50,967 nt of DNA from Thermoflexales bacterium (GCA_007125545.1 SLDA01000240.1:1-50967); one strand, 5' to 3'. Shown: positions 29,067 to 40,546, numbered from the stretch's first letter. Notes: a model not told the origin generated them from the sequence alone. Numbers and translations are program-made.

Positions 29067-30860
29067 CTAAACGCGTGTACCTGCAGCAACCTGCCGTCGT
29101 TCACGGATCTCAGCGTAACGAGGCTCCAACTCATTCTGTACCTCGTTCAACTGACGGTAAAGCCCCATCTCTGCCATCAACCCTTCATGCGTACCTTGCT
29201 GCGTGATGTGACTTTCCTCCAAGACCACAATCTTATCAGCACTTCGAATAGTTGACAAGCGGTGCGCGATGATGATTGTCGTTCGCCCTACCATTAATCG
29301 TTCCAGCGCCTCCTGGATCAGAAGCTCGGTCTGCGTGTCTACTGAGGAGGTGGCCTCATCAAGAATCAAAATCGGCGCATCCTTCAATACCGCCCTCGCG
29401 ATTGCGAGTCGCTGCTTTTGACCACCGGAGAGCTTCACACCTCGTTCGCCGATGATTGTCTCGTAGCCGTCCGGAAGATCGATAAGGAATTGGTGAGCGT
29501 TAGCGATCTTCGCAGCTTCAATCAGTTCGTCGTCTGTCGCATCCGGTCGTCCAAAGAGAATGTTCTCCCGCGCAGTACCATGAAAAAGGAAAACATCCTG
29601 CAGCACGATACTAATTTGGCGACGCAAGCTCCTCAAGGTGTAGTCGCGAATGTTGCGACCATCCAACCAAATGGCGCCCTCTATCACGTCATAGAAACGG
29701 GGAATCAAGCTAGCCAGCGTACTTTTCCCTACTCCCGTGGGTCCTACCAATGCAACCACATTGCCGGCAGGAATCTCGATGTTGATATCTTCCAGCACCG
29801 GCTGTCCAGGAACGTAGTGGAAGTTAACATTCTCCAGTTTGAGATAACCCTTGGCTCGCCCCTGAAGATCCAACGCATCGGATCTTTCTACGACATCTGC
29901 CTGTTCCTGCAACAGCTCAGCCACCCGTTCGGCCCCGGCCATAGCGTGCTGAACATTCTCCCAAGCCCCACTTAGCGCACGGACCGGCGTGTAGAAGTAG
30001 TTGAGGTAGAGGAAAAAAGCCACAAGTTCATCCAGGGGCAGCGTCTGCTGCAGCACCATTCGTCCACCGAAGTAGATCAACACCACTGTACCCAGTGACG
30101 AGGAAAAGCCGACGAAGGGCTGGAAAGTCGCCATCAACCGGAGCGCTTTGAGCAAGGAATCACGATAGCGGCTGATGTGCTTGCCGATACGATCCGCCTC
30201 GATATCCTCACGCGTGAATGCCTTGATCTCGCGAATGCCCGAGAGATTGTCATTCAGCGTGGCGTTTAGGTCACCGAGTTCCTTCTGCCGCTCCCGAAAA
30301 GCTGGACGAACGTACGTTGAGAATCCCCGCGCCGCAACCACAATGAACGGAATCGGAATGAGCGTCAGCAGCATCAGGGTCGGGCTGTAGCTGAATAGAA
30401 TTACGGCTACGCCGACAAACATCAGGACATTAACCACTGAATCGGGAATCGCGTGCGCGATCAATGTCTCGAACATATCGGAGTCATTGACCATTCGCGA
30501 CATCAAGTCGCCTGTCTTGCGGTCCTCATAGAAGCGGAGTGAAAGCAGCTGTAAATGACGGTATACATCGCGGCGAGCATCAGCAACTGCCCCCCACCCA
30601 GCCACGTGCGACATATAACTGCGGACGAACTGCAGAACACCTATGAACAGGTAAATGAACAACGACGCAATCGCCAGGCGGCCAATCACCCCCATCGATT
30701 GGGTCAGTTCACCCGGTTCCTGGATAAGCGCAATCATCCGCCTGATGATCTGCGGTTCCACCAGTTGTGCACCGGTCAATAGAAACATGGCGACAACAGT
30801 AAGCACCAAGGCTTTTCTATAGTTCCTAGTATAGCCAAAGAGAAATTTGAGCGTCTTCAT
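29067..30860 (-). CDS. ABC exporter, fused TMD-NBD, all-consensus NBD
   Basis: GPTGVGKS, LSGGQ, ILDEATS, IAHR. Confidence 0.92.
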   Translation of the reverse strand: MKTLKFLFGYTRNYRKALVLTVVAMFLLTGAQLVEPQIIRRMIALIQEPGELTQSMGVIGRLAIASLFIYLFIGVLQFVRSYMSHVAGWGAVADARRDVYRHLQLLSLRFYEDRKTGDLMSRMVNDSDMFETLIAHAIPDSVVNVLMFVGVAVILFSYSPTLMLLTLIPIPFIVVAARGFSTYVRPAFRERQKELGDLNATLNDNLSGIREIKAFTREDIEADRIGKHISRYRDSLLKALRLMATFQPFVGFSSSLGTVVLIYFGGRMVLQQTLPLDELVAFFLYLNYFYTPVRALSGAWENVQHAMAGAERVAELLQEQADVVERSDALDLQGRAKGYLKLENVNFHYVPGQPVLEDINIEIPAGNVVALVGPTGVGKSTLASLIPRFYDVIEGAIWLDGRNIRDYTLRSLRRQISIVLQDVFLFHGTARENILFGRPDATDDELIEAAKIANAHQFLIDLPDGYETIIGERGVKLSGGQKQRLAIARAVLKDAPILILDEATSSVDTQTELLIQEALERLMVGRTTIIIAHRLSTIRSADKIVVLEESHITQQGTHEGLMAEMGLYRQLNEVQNELEPRYAEIRERRQVAAGTRV

Positions 30861-30926
30861 CTCCAACCTTTCATTATTATTGGTCGAAACCGACCGGCAG
30901 GGCGGATGGGTTAGGCAGGAGCCGTA

Positions 30927-32762
30927 TCAAGCCCCCAAGGAACCGGCCTCGACAAACTGTCGCTCATACAAGTCGCGATAGAGGCCCTTCTGCGCCAATA
31001 GCACTTCGTGAGATCCTTGCTCGACGATTTGCCCATCCTCAATTACGCAGATAAAGTCTGCTTTCCGGATGGTACTAAGCCGGTGGGCGATGACAATGGC
31101 CGTGCGCCCAGCTAGCAAACGATCTAGTGCGTCTTGGATCAGAGCTTCGGTCATCGTATCCACACTCGAAGTCGCCTCATCGAGTATCAGAATCCGCGGA
31201 TCGGCCAAAACCGCCCGTGCGATGCAGAGCAACTGACGCTGCCCCAAAGAGAAGTTAACCCCGCCTTCTTGGATCTGCGTCTGATAGCCCTCCGGCGTCT
31301 GCATAATGAACTCATCAACATTTGCCAGACGGGCCGCTTTTTTGACCTCTTCATCCGATGCATCAGGGTCGCCGAAGCGTATGTTGTCAGCAATTGTACC
31401 AGAGAAAAGAAAAGGGTCTTGGGGCACAATGCCCATCTGCCGGCGGAGCGATCGCTGTTTGACGTCGCGAACATCCATGCCATCGACCAGTACAGTCCCT
31501 TCGGTCACGTCATAGAAGCGCGCGATCAGGTTCGAGATCGAAGTCTTCCCGGCACCGGTTGGCCCCACCAGCGCCACCGTCTGTCCCGGCTCGATCGTCA
31601 GATTGATGTTGCGAAGGATGGGCTCATCTTGACGATAGGCAAAGGTGACATCCCGCAGCTCGACGCGTCCCTCGACTTGGGGCATCTCCTCCGCGTCCTC
31701 TCGATCTGGCACGCCCGGCTCTGTGTCGAGCAGGTGCAAAACTCGCTCGCCACCGGCCATCGCCGTCTGCATTGTCGTGTAGAGCTGGCTCAGTTCCCGA
31801 ATCGGCTGGAAGAAGTTGGTGACATACGCGAGAAAGGCAATCATCACACCTAATGTCAGCGTGTTGCCCGCCACCGCTCGCCCACCAAACCACAGGACGA
31901 TGGCGGTCGCCAGTGCGCCCAAAAACTGAACCACGGGCATGAAGACAAAGGACAAGGACATCGCCCGAACGTGAGCATCACGGTTGGAGCTATTCACCTG
32001 ATCGAAACGGTCTTGAGTTGCATCCTCCTGAGCGAACGCCTGGATCACGCGCATACCGGCCAAATCCTCAGCCAGGTCGCCCACAACCTCGGCAACAGCA
32101 GCGCGCGTCTCCCGGTACGCCCGCTTCGCGAACCGTGCATAGATAGCCGTCACCAGGACCATAAGTGGTACCACGCTGAAGGTAAGCAGAGCTAATACAG
32201 GGCTCATCGACATCATCACGATTACGATACCCACCAAGGTAAAGATATCGCTGGCGATGGTGATCAAACCCTGGGAGAGCAGGTCGTTGATCACACCGAC
32301 ATCGCTGAAGACCCGCGACAACGTCACACCAATGATATGGGTGTCGTGATAGCCAAGATGAATATCTTGAAGGTGGTGTACCAACTGCTCACGCATATCG
32401 GCCAGGACATTCTGCCCGGTCTTTGACAGCAGGTATTGCTGTGCACCCGAAGCCACATAGAGTCCTATGAACGCGCCTGCCGTGAGCATCGCGATGCGAT
32501 CCAGCCCGGCCAGATTGCTATCCATTATATGCTCATCCACGGCGACCTTGATCAGATAAGGGGTAGCCAAGCCCAGACCAGAGGTGATTACCATCAGAAA
32601 GAACGCAGCCACCATACTACGCCAGTACGGCTTGATAAAAACGAAGAGCCGCAAGATGATGCGGATATCGAGCGCACGCTGCTCTTCTTCGTCCCCCCCC
32701 AGCCGTCGTAACAGACCGCCGGGGCCGCCGCCCATACTCGTTGATCCGATAGAAAAACTCAT
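30927..32762 (-). CDS. Heterodimeric ABC exporter subunit (TM288/TmrA-like)
   Basis: GPTGAGKT, degenerate signature FSLGQ, consensus DE and IAHR. Confidence 0.92.
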   Translation of the reverse strand: MSFSIGSTSMGGGPGGLLRRLGGDEEEQRALDIRIILRLFVFIKPYWRSMVAAFFLMVITSGLGLATPYLIKVAVDEHIMDSNLAGLDRIAMLTAGAFIGLYVASGAQQYLLSKTGQNVLADMREQLVHHLQDIHLGYHDTHIIGVTLSRVFSDVGVINDLLSQGLITIASDIFTLVGIVIVMMSMSPVLALLTFSVVPLMVLVTAIYARFAKRAYRETRAAVAEVVGDLAEDLAGMRVIQAFAQEDATQDRFDQVNSSNRDAHVRAMSLSFVFMPVVQFLGALATAIVLWFGGRAVAGNTLTLGVMIAFLAYVTNFFQPIRELSQLYTTMQTAMAGGERVLHLLDTEPGVPDREDAEEMPQVEGRVELRDVTFAYRQDEPILRNINLTIEPGQTVALVGPTGAGKTSISNLIARFYDVTEGTVLVDGMDVRDVKQRSLRRQMGIVPQDPFLFSGTIADNIRFGDPDASDEEVKKAARLANVDEFIMQTPEGYQTQIQEGGVNFSLGQRQLLCIARAVLADPRILILDEATSSVDTMTEALIQDALDRLLAGRTAIVIAHRLSTIRKADFICVIEDGQIVEQGSHEVLLAQKGLYRDLYERQFVEAGSLGA

Positions 32763-32773
32763 TCGTTATCTCC

Positions 32774-34729
32774 CTACCTATTCCCGGCGGCAGGTGCGCC
32801 GGTGGTCGTAACCGAAGTGGCTTCAGTGTCCTGGGCTATCGCTTGCTCGTCGCCCACGTCATCCTCACCAGGGCGATCGCCCTGTCCATTGTTATGTACG
32901 TCGACTTCCTGAACTCCGTCTTTACCCAAGGTGGCGGACTGAAGTGCGGTCAACGCCTCAACTTCCCGAGGGCGTAATTGCCGTTCGTAGATGTCGGCAT
33001 AGAGCCCTGACGTGTGCAGGAGTTCAGCGTGCGTACCACGAGCCACGATCTCGCCCCGATCGAGCACCACGATCTGATTTGCCATCCGCACGGTACTGAG
33101 CCGTTGCGCAATGACGAAAGAGGTACGGCCCTGCATCAACCGCTCCAGTGCTCTCTGAATCAAACGCTCCGTCTCTGTGTCCACGCTGGCCATGGCATCG
33201 TCCAGAATGAGGATTCGGGGGTCCTTGAGCAGCGCACGCGCGATCGCTACGCGCTGTTTCTGCCCACCTGAAAGCGTTGAGCCACGTTCACCAACGTGAC
33301 TTTCATACCCATCAGGCATTTCCATAATGAAATCGTGAGCCTGGGCAGCCTTCGCAGCTTCAACTACTTCCTCCAGCGACGCACCGGGCCGTCCAAAGGC
33401 GATGTTCTCACGCACGGATGCTGCGAAGAGCGTCGTCTCCTGGAGCACAATCCCGATCTGTCCGCGCAGCGATTCCAGCGTCAGATCGCGCACGTCGTAA
33501 CCGTCGATCGTAATCCGCCCTTCGGTCGCATCATAGAAGCGGGGCAATAGGTTGATGATGGTAGACTTTCCGGAACCGGTCGTGCCAAGCAAGGCCAGAA
33601 TCTGGCCGGGGGCCACCTCAATGTCAATATCGCGCAACACCTTCTTGCGTCCCAGGTAAGCGAAAGAGACGTTCTCAAAAGCCACATGGCCCTGAACATC
33701 GGGCAAATCGATGGCATCCGGCGACTCCTTGACATCCGACTCGGCGTCAAGGATCTCGAAGATGCGCTCGCCACTGGCTGCCGCTTCCGTGAGGAAAGGT
33801 ACCATGCGTCCAAGGGTCCGGATGGGTCCCGCCAGCTGACCTATGTAGGCGTTGAACGCGATCAGCTCTCCTAGCGTCAGTGCACCCTGAATGACCAAAC
33901 GTCCGCCGTACCAGATGATGAAGATCGTGCTGATGTTCACCAGCAGCACCACTGCGGGATCGTTGAGCGCGCGAATCAAGACGGACTGGCGGGCGAGTTC
34001 GAGCCAAGTTTTGTTTTCCTCTTCAAACCGTGCGAGTTCAGCATCTTCCTGCGCGAATCCCTTGACAACACGCGCGCCGCGTAGATTCTGCTCCACCCAA
34101 GAGGTCATCGATGAAATCTGTTCACGGATCTCGCGCCAGAGGGGCCGCATCTTCTTCGAATAATAGTAGGCCTGCACGAGCAAGATAGGCATTGACACCA
34201 TCGCGAGGAGCGCCAGCCTGGGATTCATCGCCACGATGAAAATGCTCGTGACAATCAGGAGAATGACACCTTCGAGCATGCGCATCGTCGCGCGCCCGGC
34301 AAGAAAGCGCATCCGCTCCACGTCGTGCATGGCGCGGGCTAGGAGTTGTCCGGCTTCAGTGCGGTCATGGTAGGAAAAGGAGAGCGAAGACAATTTGCTG
34401 TAAAGCTGGTTCCGTAAATCGTATGCCACGCCCTGCGATGCCTTTTCGATCCACCTACCCTGGAAAAACCCCAATACACCCTGCGCAACCCACAGCCCCA
34501 GAAAACCGAGCACCGCCCAGGTCAGGAATTGTGTGTCGTTAGCCGAAATACCACGGTCCACAATCCCGCGGATAAGCTGCGGACTCACATTAGCCAGGAT
34601 ACTGACTAAGAGCACGAGCAGGTATCCCCCCGTCACCGTCTTCCAATGTCCTCTCAAATACCCATAACCGCGCATCAATATGCGAAAATCGGTTGGATTT
34701 CCTCCCGAACTTCGTCTGTCAGAACTCAT
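32774..34729 (-). CDS. Heterodimeric ABC exporter subunit (TM287/TmrB-like)
   Basis: GTTGSGKS, LSGGQ, degenerate Walker B ILDD and switch IAQR. Confidence 0.92.
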   Translation of the reverse strand: MSSDRRSSGGNPTDFRILMRGYGYLRGHWKTVTGGYLLVLLVSILANVSPQLIRGIVDRGISANDTQFLTWAVLGFLGLWVAQGVLGFFQGRWIEKASQGVAYDLRNQLYSKLSSLSFSYHDRTEAGQLLARAMHDVERMRFLAGRATMRMLEGVILLIVTSIFIVAMNPRLALLAMVSMPILLVQAYYYSKKMRPLWREIREQISSMTSWVEQNLRGARVVKGFAQEDAELARFEEENKTWLELARQSVLIRALNDPAVVLLVNISTIFIIWYGGRLVIQGALTLGELIAFNAYIGQLAGPIRTLGRMVPFLTEAAASGERIFEILDAESDVKESPDAIDLPDVQGHVAFENVSFAYLGRKKVLRDIDIEVAPGQILALLGTTGSGKSTIINLLPRFYDATEGRITIDGYDVRDLTLESLRGQIGIVLQETTLFAASVRENIAFGRPGASLEEVVEAAKAAQAHDFIMEMPDGYESHVGERGSTLSGGQKQRVAIARALLKDPRILILDDAMASVDTETERLIQRALERLMQGRTSFVIAQRLSTVRMANQIVVLDRGEIVARGTHAELLHTSGLYADIYERQLRPREVEALTALQSATLGKDGVQEVDVHNNGQGDRPGEDDVGDEQAIAQDTEATSVTTTGAPAAGNR

Positions 34730-35207
34730 TTGGATTTATCTCCATTATCTCTATCAAGCTGCTCAGGGCCTCGTCAATCAGCGCCAACTGGTCAGGCGGT
34801 AGCACTTTCATGCGCTCGCGCAGAAGTGGTATGCCGCCCAGTGGAGTATCCTCGGCCAACTGCTTGCCTTTCTCCGTGAGTTCGACGAAAACCACCCGAC
34901 TGTCTTCTGTAGATCGACGCCGCATTACATAGCCGGCTTCTTCCATACGAGAAACTAACTCCGAGGCAGAACTGGCGCTTAGGAAAAGATACTCGGTAAC
35001 CTGACCTATAGTTCGAGGTCCGGTGTCCTTTAGATAGCGCAACGTCGAAATCTCGCGCCCGCGAATCCCCTGACAATGCGTCTTTCGGGCGTAGTGACGA
35101 ATGTACCGGTACAGGACGATGAACTTCTGGATGACATCCAAAGTTGAATTCTGCAATTCTCCAATCATCCCGCTCCCCTCAGTCACCAGCGCGATACTCT
35201 CTTCCAT
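34719..35207 (-). CDS. MarR-family transcriptional regulator
   Basis: wHTH SASSASELVSRMEEAGYV.RRRSTEDSRVVFVELTEKG; start 35207 or 35168. Confidence 0.9.
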   Translation of the reverse strand: MEESIALVTEGSGMIGELQNSTLDVIQKFIVLYRYIRHYARKTHCQGIRGREISTLRYLKDTGPRTIGQVTEYLFLSASSASELVSRMEEAGYVMRRRSTEDSRVVFVELTEKGKQLAEDTPLGGIPLLRERMKVLPPDQLALIDEALSSLIEIMEINPNEF

Positions 35208-35229
35208 AATCCCTCCACATATGACAGTA

Positions 35230-35287
35230 CTTCGGTACCGAACCATTCGGCACCGAAGCAGTTTATCACGTCCCAGGTCGATGTCAA
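35230..35287 (-). promoter_or_regulatory. marR promoter (TTGACA-16-TAAACT) with tandem palindromic operator over the start site
   Basis: -35 at 35282-35287, -10 at 35260-35265; TTCGGTACCGAA at 35231-35242 and TTCGGCACCGAA at 35246-35257. Confidence 0.75.
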
Positions 35288-35351
35288 GAGGGAATGGTTG
35301 GTTTATGCGGCGGGAGGGGATTGAGTTGCAATGGAATTGCATTGGAACGCG

Positions 35352-35375
35352 CGGGGCGCCGCGAACGGCGCCCCG
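35352..35375 (-). terminator. GC hairpin with UUCG loop after the aldolase gene
   Basis: Minus strand cggggcgccg-ttcg-cggcgccccg; no clear U-tract. Confidence 0.5.
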
Positions 35376-35387
35376 GGGCGCACCAGG

Positions 35388-36281
35388 TTACATCTCGGCA
35401 AGCTCTGAGAAACCAGTTTGCCGCAAAGCTCTATGAAAAGCAGCACGGCGCTCTGACGATAGCGAGGCGCGCGGCATCCGCGGTTCGCCACACTCAAAGC
35501 CCAGCATACGCATCATCTCGAATAGCGCACCATACGCGCCAAAGGTATGGAGGACACGCGTGACCCTATTCGCGCGAAGCTGTAGATCGACGGCGTCAAT
35601 CCCGTCACCTGCTTTGTAGCGGGCCCGCATCGTCTTGTAGACACCGGGCATAAAATTGAGTGTGGTGCCGATATTGCCGGGGGCTCCGACCATCGCGGCA
35701 AAGATGCATTGCTCATCCATGCCTGAGAAAATGCTCCAGCCCTTCTGTAACTCGAGAATCCCCTGCAGCTCGTACATATTTGAGCCGGTGTACTTGGCTC
35801 CCGCCAGATTAGGGCACCGCTCTCGCAGCGTCTGCATCAGCGAGAGCGCATCCACCTCACCCCCAAACAGGTAAGGCAGGAAAGGTGTCTCGGGAACAGC
35901 AGCAGCAATGGCCTCGTAGTGCGAGTAGATCTCGGCGACGTTCCGGGAAAAAGGCGGCAGAATGCTCGCCACGCCGGCAGCCCCCACATCCTGGGCATGC
36001 AAGGCCAGCGCCACGGCTTCGCGCGTCCCTACAGCGCCCACATGCACGATGACAGGCACGCGTTTCGCCACGACATCGATGACGGTCTCGGCTACCAAAC
36101 GACGTTCGGACTCGGTCAGGAAGACACCCTCACCTGTCGAACCACAAAGATAGAAGCCATCCACCCCTTTGTCGAGAAGATAGGTGGTGACCTCCCGAAG
36201 CGCGCTCACCCCAACACCGCCGTCGGGCGTGGAGGGCGTCAGGAGCGCGGGCCAAACCCCGAAAAACTGCGAGCTCATCAT
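35388..36281 (-). CDS. DHDPS/N-acetylneuraminate lyase-family aldolase
   Basis: PALLTP, CGSTGE, VIVHVG, Schiff-base GAKYT, FSGMDE. Confidence 0.88.
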   Translation of the reverse strand: MMSSQFFGVWPALLTPSTPDGGVGVSALREVTTYLLDKGVDGFYLCGSTGEGVFLTESERRLVAETVIDVVAKRVPVIVHVGAVGTREAVALALHAQDVGAAGVASILPPFSRNVAEIYSHYEAIAAAVPETPFLPYLFGGEVDALSLMQTLRERCPNLAGAKYTGSNMYELQGILELQKGWSIFSGMDEQCIFAAMVGAPGNIGTTLNFMPGVYKTMRARYKAGDGIDAVDLQLRANRVTRVLHTFGAYGALFEMMRMLGFECGEPRMPRASLSSERRAAFHRALRQTGFSELAEM

Positions 36282-36327
36282 CTCACCTCACAGATCAGTA
36301 AGTATGCATAGGTCGACAGCCGGGCAT

Positions 36328-37800
36328 CTAGACTTCATCAGGATGGAGCTGCGCTAACCGGTCGGCATGATGAGCTCGCCCGGTGGCACGCAAGCGGTTC
36401 AGATAGGCCGGAAGTTGATAGCGCGTGTGCGAGGGACCGCCTTCCCGCAAAACGGTCATCAGGGGATCGATATTGGATTGGCTGCGGAGCATCATCCTGT
36501 GCTGCCAGTCCGCCAGGAAACCCATCGCTTTGTCCACAAGGTCAGGACGCTCGACGGACAGATCAACCTGCTCGTAGGGATCCTTGGAGAGATTGAAGAG
36601 CATCACCGGCTCCATGTTTTTGTGCCCATCGTGATAAGTGCGCAAGCAGATGAAAGACTCGCCCTCATGCTCGAAGCGAATGCCCCGCTGAACGGCCCAA
36701 GCGCCTTGACTGAGCACCAGATACTCGCGACCAGCCTCCTCGCCGGCCCTGAAGGCGCCGGCAAAAGAGACGCCATCCCAATTAGCCGGGACCTCTCCGC
36801 CCACCATTTCGATAACCGTTGCCGCCCAGTCAAAATGGTAGTGCAGGGACGTATCGACACGCCCGCCCTCCGTCAGCCCGGGCCATTTAATCAGCAGCGG
36901 TACACGGCAGACAGACTCATCGGCGGTCTGATGGTCGCCCCAGATATCGAACTCACCCTGTGCCTCCGAGTGATCTGAACTAACGATAATCACGGTGTCG
37001 TCCAGGACACCGGCCTTCTCCAGCGCATCGAGCAGCTTGCCTACCCACAGATCGGCATACCAGATCCCCATATCATAGCCGTCGATCCACTGTTTGAGGC
37101 TGTCCATAGAATCCAGTTGCAGCGGCACACGCGGCCAACGCGGATCAGGATTGGGTTCATAACCCCCGGGTTCCTGGGCACTGTGTGGTCCAAAGCTCTC
37201 CCACGTCTTTTGCCGCATCTCCTCCGTCATCCACGCGGGCAGGGGATCGTTCTCAAAACGGTTCCCGTGCTCGGCCGGCGCACGGTAGGGCGTATGAGGG
37301 TCCCATACATTTACGTGGAGAAACCAGTCGTCGCCTTCGCCGTTACGCTCGATCCACTCAATCGCGGTGGGCACAACCTCTTCGGCGCTCTCGACCCCAC
37401 CCTTGCCGGGATTGTGCACTTCACGGTAGCCGGCATACCATTCCCAAGCCGCGTGCCGTTCACCGAACGGGCTGATCGTCGCGGTGTAGAGACCGGCGCG
37501 GCGGAGGGCACTCATCCAGGACGTCGCATCAAAGCTATCGCGGAAACCCCGGGTCTCGCCGTCGTTAAAAGGATCGGCCGAGGAGCCCATATGCCCCACA
37601 ACGCCGGTACGGAAACCATGCCGCCCGCTCCAGAGAGCGGTCCGCGACGGCAGGCAGGGCGCATCACTCACGTAGTTATTCTTGAATCGAACTGAGTTCT
37701 CGGCAAGACGATCGAGGTTGGGACTCGTCTCGCGATGATAGCCATAGCAGCCAAGATGATCCGGACGCAGTGTATCGATATCTATAAACAGAATACGCAT
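36328..37800 (-). CDS. Cys-type sulfatase
   Basis: DIDTLRPD, CLPSR, WDPHTPY, SDH, WGDH; start at MRILF. Confidence 0.92.
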   Translation of the reverse strand: MRILFIDIDTLRPDHLGCYGYHRETSPNLDRLAENSVRFKNNYVSDAPCLPSRTALWSGRHGFRTGVVGHMGSSADPFNDGETRGFRDSFDATSWMSALRRAGLYTATISPFGERHAAWEWYAGYREVHNPGKGGVESAEEVVPTAIEWIERNGEGDDWFLHVNVWDPHTPYRAPAEHGNRFENDPLPAWMTEEMRQKTWESFGPHSAQEPGGYEPNPDPRWPRVPLQLDSMDSLKQWIDGYDMGIWYADLWVGKLLDALEKAGVLDDTVIIVSSDHSEAQGEFDIWGDHQTADESVCRVPLLIKWPGLTEGGRVDTSLHYHFDWAATVIEMVGGEVPANWDGVSFAGAFRAGEEAGREYLVLSQGAWAVQRGIRFEHEGESFICLRTYHDGHKNMEPVMLFNLSKDPYEQVDLSVERPDLVDKAMGFLADWQHRMMLRSQSNIDPLMTVLREGGPSHTRYQLPAYLNRLRATGRAHHADRLAQLHPDEV

Positions 37801-37846
37801 CGGCAGATAACCTCCACTCTTCATTGATAACGATTCCGGCACCAGT

Positions 37847-40546
37847 CTACCTAAAGGCTCCACGAATCACAAGCCGGCTGCGATCATCGAGACGCAGCGG
37901 CGTCTCAAACACCAAGCCCTTGTCGATGAGCTGGCAAGCCGCTTCAGCTCCGCAAATCGAGGCTTCTTGAATAGCGCCGGTAGCCAAGAAGGGCAGATTT
38001 AGCGCTTTCAAGGTTAAGGTGCCTTCGATGACAGACAATGTGATGGACTCTGGCGCCAGTTCGAAGGTACCCCATCCCGAATCCAACGACCAGAGGCAAC
38101 GGAAGCGCCCCCCTTCGCGATCCAGCGCGACCGGATTGAAACCGATCTCGCCCTTGACCATGTCGAAGCTGAACCCACTGAAGGCATTGAGTAGCGCATA
38201 GCTCGCGAGGGAACGCGCATAGTTGCTGCCGCACTCAAACTCATTCCACGGATTACGTCGCTCGCCATCATACCGATCTCGAATCGCCGTCACGACAGCC
38301 ATACCTTCGTCGACCAACCCCGCCTGGATCATATGAATGGCAGCCGCATACTCGAATCCATGCATAGCCTCCTGAGCATAGGGTACGGGTATAACAGGCT
38401 TGCGCCGTCCTTCAGGCCAGTCACAGATCACTAACCCTGCCTCGTCGTTCAGAGCAAAGACCCGGCAAGGGTTGAAGTACTGGCGCAGGGGTTGATTCGA
38501 AGCCCCACCCTTGAAATTGTAGCGAAAGATAGATGCGAGAGCCGTGGTAGTCTGAGCCGGATCGAAGATCTCGCCAAGACCGTACAGATTGGCGTGCCAC
38601 TGTGCCAACACCTGGTCTATGCCGCAGCCTTCGCCGATCTGATACTTCAATTCTCCGTGCTCCTCGTCCCAATAGGCGTCCAGTGTATCGCCTACCATCG
38701 AGCCTGCGCCCTTGGAAAAAGGTAGGAGGATATCACGATCCTCCAAGTTGATCCGCTGATCGTAGTACTCGCCATTAAAGAGGTTAGCATCGGCCCACGC
38801 TTTGCCCCGCTCAAAGAGAGCGCGATATGCGCCCGCTGCATCTTCGTCGCCGAGGTGGGCACCCATTTCAGCCCCGGCCTTAAGCGCGCCCAGATAAAAA
38901 CCCGTCAGCCAGGCATTCGGTCCAAAAAGCTCCATATCCAGCGTGTGGTGCTGCCGTCCCTCGAGAACACCTGTCTTCTCCGGGTCCCAGCGATCCTCGT
39001 TGTGCTCGGCCCACGCGAACTCGATCGAGTGCTTGATGGCAGGCCAGAGCTCCCGCAGCCAGGAAGTGTCACCGCTGATCTTCCAATCGCGATAGACCTT
39101 CATTACGTTGCCGAACTGCCCGTCGGCACAGGGGCGAAAGAGAGCGGGACCAACGCCCAGAGGGAGTTGCAGCCGGAAAGGCATACCGCCGTCGGGGCGC
39201 TGATTGTAGACATAGTCGGCATCGCGCATGGAGCGCTCCAATGCAGGAAAGAGGAAGGGCAGCGCCTGCGCATAGTTCCAGACGTGTGTGCATGAACCCT
39301 CACAGCAACCGGCATCGGGATGACAGCCCTCGAATCCGTAGAAGGTTCCGTCCTCCAAACGCATCACGGTCGGGCTCTTCAGAATCGAGAGATTCGCAGA
39401 GATGGCATCCAGTGCGGCAGCAGGTAAATCGGAGCTGAAGAGCTCATACTGGAAACGGCGGGTCCGGGCATAGAGCTCATCCCAATATCCGAGCGCATAC
39501 CGGGCGCTGGCGTCGGAGTCGCGGAATTGAAAGGCATAATAGTTGCGCCAGTGATTGGATAGACCTTGCCTCTGCGCCGCTTCTACTACAGTAGGATTCC
39601 AGGTATTGGCGCGATTGGGGAAGTGCCAGGCAATAACAAACCGCACCCGCACAGTCTCTCCCGGCGCGGCATGAACCCGTACCGCCAACGTTGCCGCATT
39701 ATCACTGCCCGCCACGTCAACAGGATAGCGTCGATTCTGGAAGCCGCCGGGTTGCGTAAAATCGTGCCAGTAGACTTCAAGATCATCAAACCAGCGCCCC
39801 CGGAACCAGTACTCCTGATAGCTAACGTCGTTGGGCGGAAGTGTCGCGTAATCACCGCAGGCAGCGGGCTCGCAGGCCATGTCTGAAGTAGCCCCCGTGG
39901 CGAGGGTCAACGTGCCATAGTCGATATCATCTGGGTCCGACCCCTCGGAGCTCAAGTGCATCCAGTGTGCACGGTAGGTCCTGTGGTAGCGATTGAGGTT
40001 GGGCGCGGCAAGTGGGTTATTCAGCGTCGCGGCTACAGTATAGGCGATCGGCCCACCGGTAGGATTCTGCACGGCGATCTCGAAGAAAGCCGCAGGGATT
40101 CCGGAGTCGCGGTCGTTCAATGGGATGAAAGGATTGAACGCCGTCATTGATACCGTACCAGGAAAGGTGTCGTCCAAGAAGGAAAGCTCCGCCACTGGGT
40201 ATCGACCGTGGAACACGACCTCGCGGAAGTGCGGCACACCACTTAGTGTCTGCCGGGGTGGACCGAAGCCGAAGCTCTGAAACTGCTGGGCGCGGAGCAT
40301 CCCTGTATAAGGGGGGTGGAGGTCTCCATTCAGGACGCGCGCATCGAGCACCTCGCCCTCGCGCTCCGCTTTGATAGCGAAGTGCGAGAAACCGTTAACG
40401 CTACCCTTGTTTGGGCGGTTGAAGATCTCCCAATCCACCAGCCGTCCATTTCCGGCGAGTCCAATACAGCCGGTTCCAATGCCGCCCAGTGGGAAAGAGA
40501 TCTCGTTGGTCTTCCTACCGCGATAGATAAAGCGTTCTTCTGTCAT
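37847..40546 (-). CDS. GH116-family glycoside hydrolase
   Basis: [22 protein letters not shown]...[34 protein letters not shown]. Confidence 0.9.
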   Translation of the reverse strand: MTEERFIYRGRKTNEISFPLGGIGTGCIGLAGNGRLVDWEIFNRPNKGSVNGFSHFAIKAEREGEVLDARVLNGDLHPPYTGMLRAQQFQSFGFGPPRQTLSGVPHFREVVFHGRYPVAELSFLDDTFPGTVSMTAFNPFIPLNDRDSGIPAAFFEIAVQNPTGGPIAYTVAATLNNPLAAPNLNRYHRTYRAHWMHLSSEGSDPDDIDYGTLTLATGATSDMACEPAACGDYATLPPNDVSYQEYWFRGRWFDDLEVYWHDFTQPGGFQNRRYPVDVAGSDNAATLAVRVHAAPGETVRVRFVIAWHFPNRANTWNPTVVEAAQRQGLSNHWRNYYAFQFRDSDASARYALGYWDELYARTRRFQYELFSSDLPAAALDAISANLSILKSPTVMRLEDGTFYGFEGCHPDAGCCEGSCTHVWNYAQALPFLFPALERSMRDADYVYNQRPDGGMPFRLQLPLGVGPALFRPCADGQFGNVMKVYRDWKISGDTSWLRELWPAIKHSIEFAWAEHNEDRWDPEKTGVLEGRQHHTLDMELFGPNAWLTGFYLGALKAGAEMGAHLGDEDAAGAYRALFERGKAWADANLFNGEYYDQRINLEDRDILLPFSKGAGSMVGDTLDAYWDEEHGELKYQIGEGCGIDQVLAQWHANLYGLGEIFDPAQTTTALASIFRYNFKGGASNQPLRQYFNPCRVFALNDEAGLVICDWPEGRRKPVIPVPYAQEAMHGFEYAAAIHMIQAGLVDEGMAVVTAIRDRYDGERRNPWNEFECGSNYARSLASYALLNAFSGFSFDMVKGEIGFNPVALDREGGRFRCLWSLDSGWGTFELAPESITLSVIEGTLTLKALNLPFLATGAIQEASICGAEAACQLIDKGLVFETPLRLDDRSRLVIRGAFR

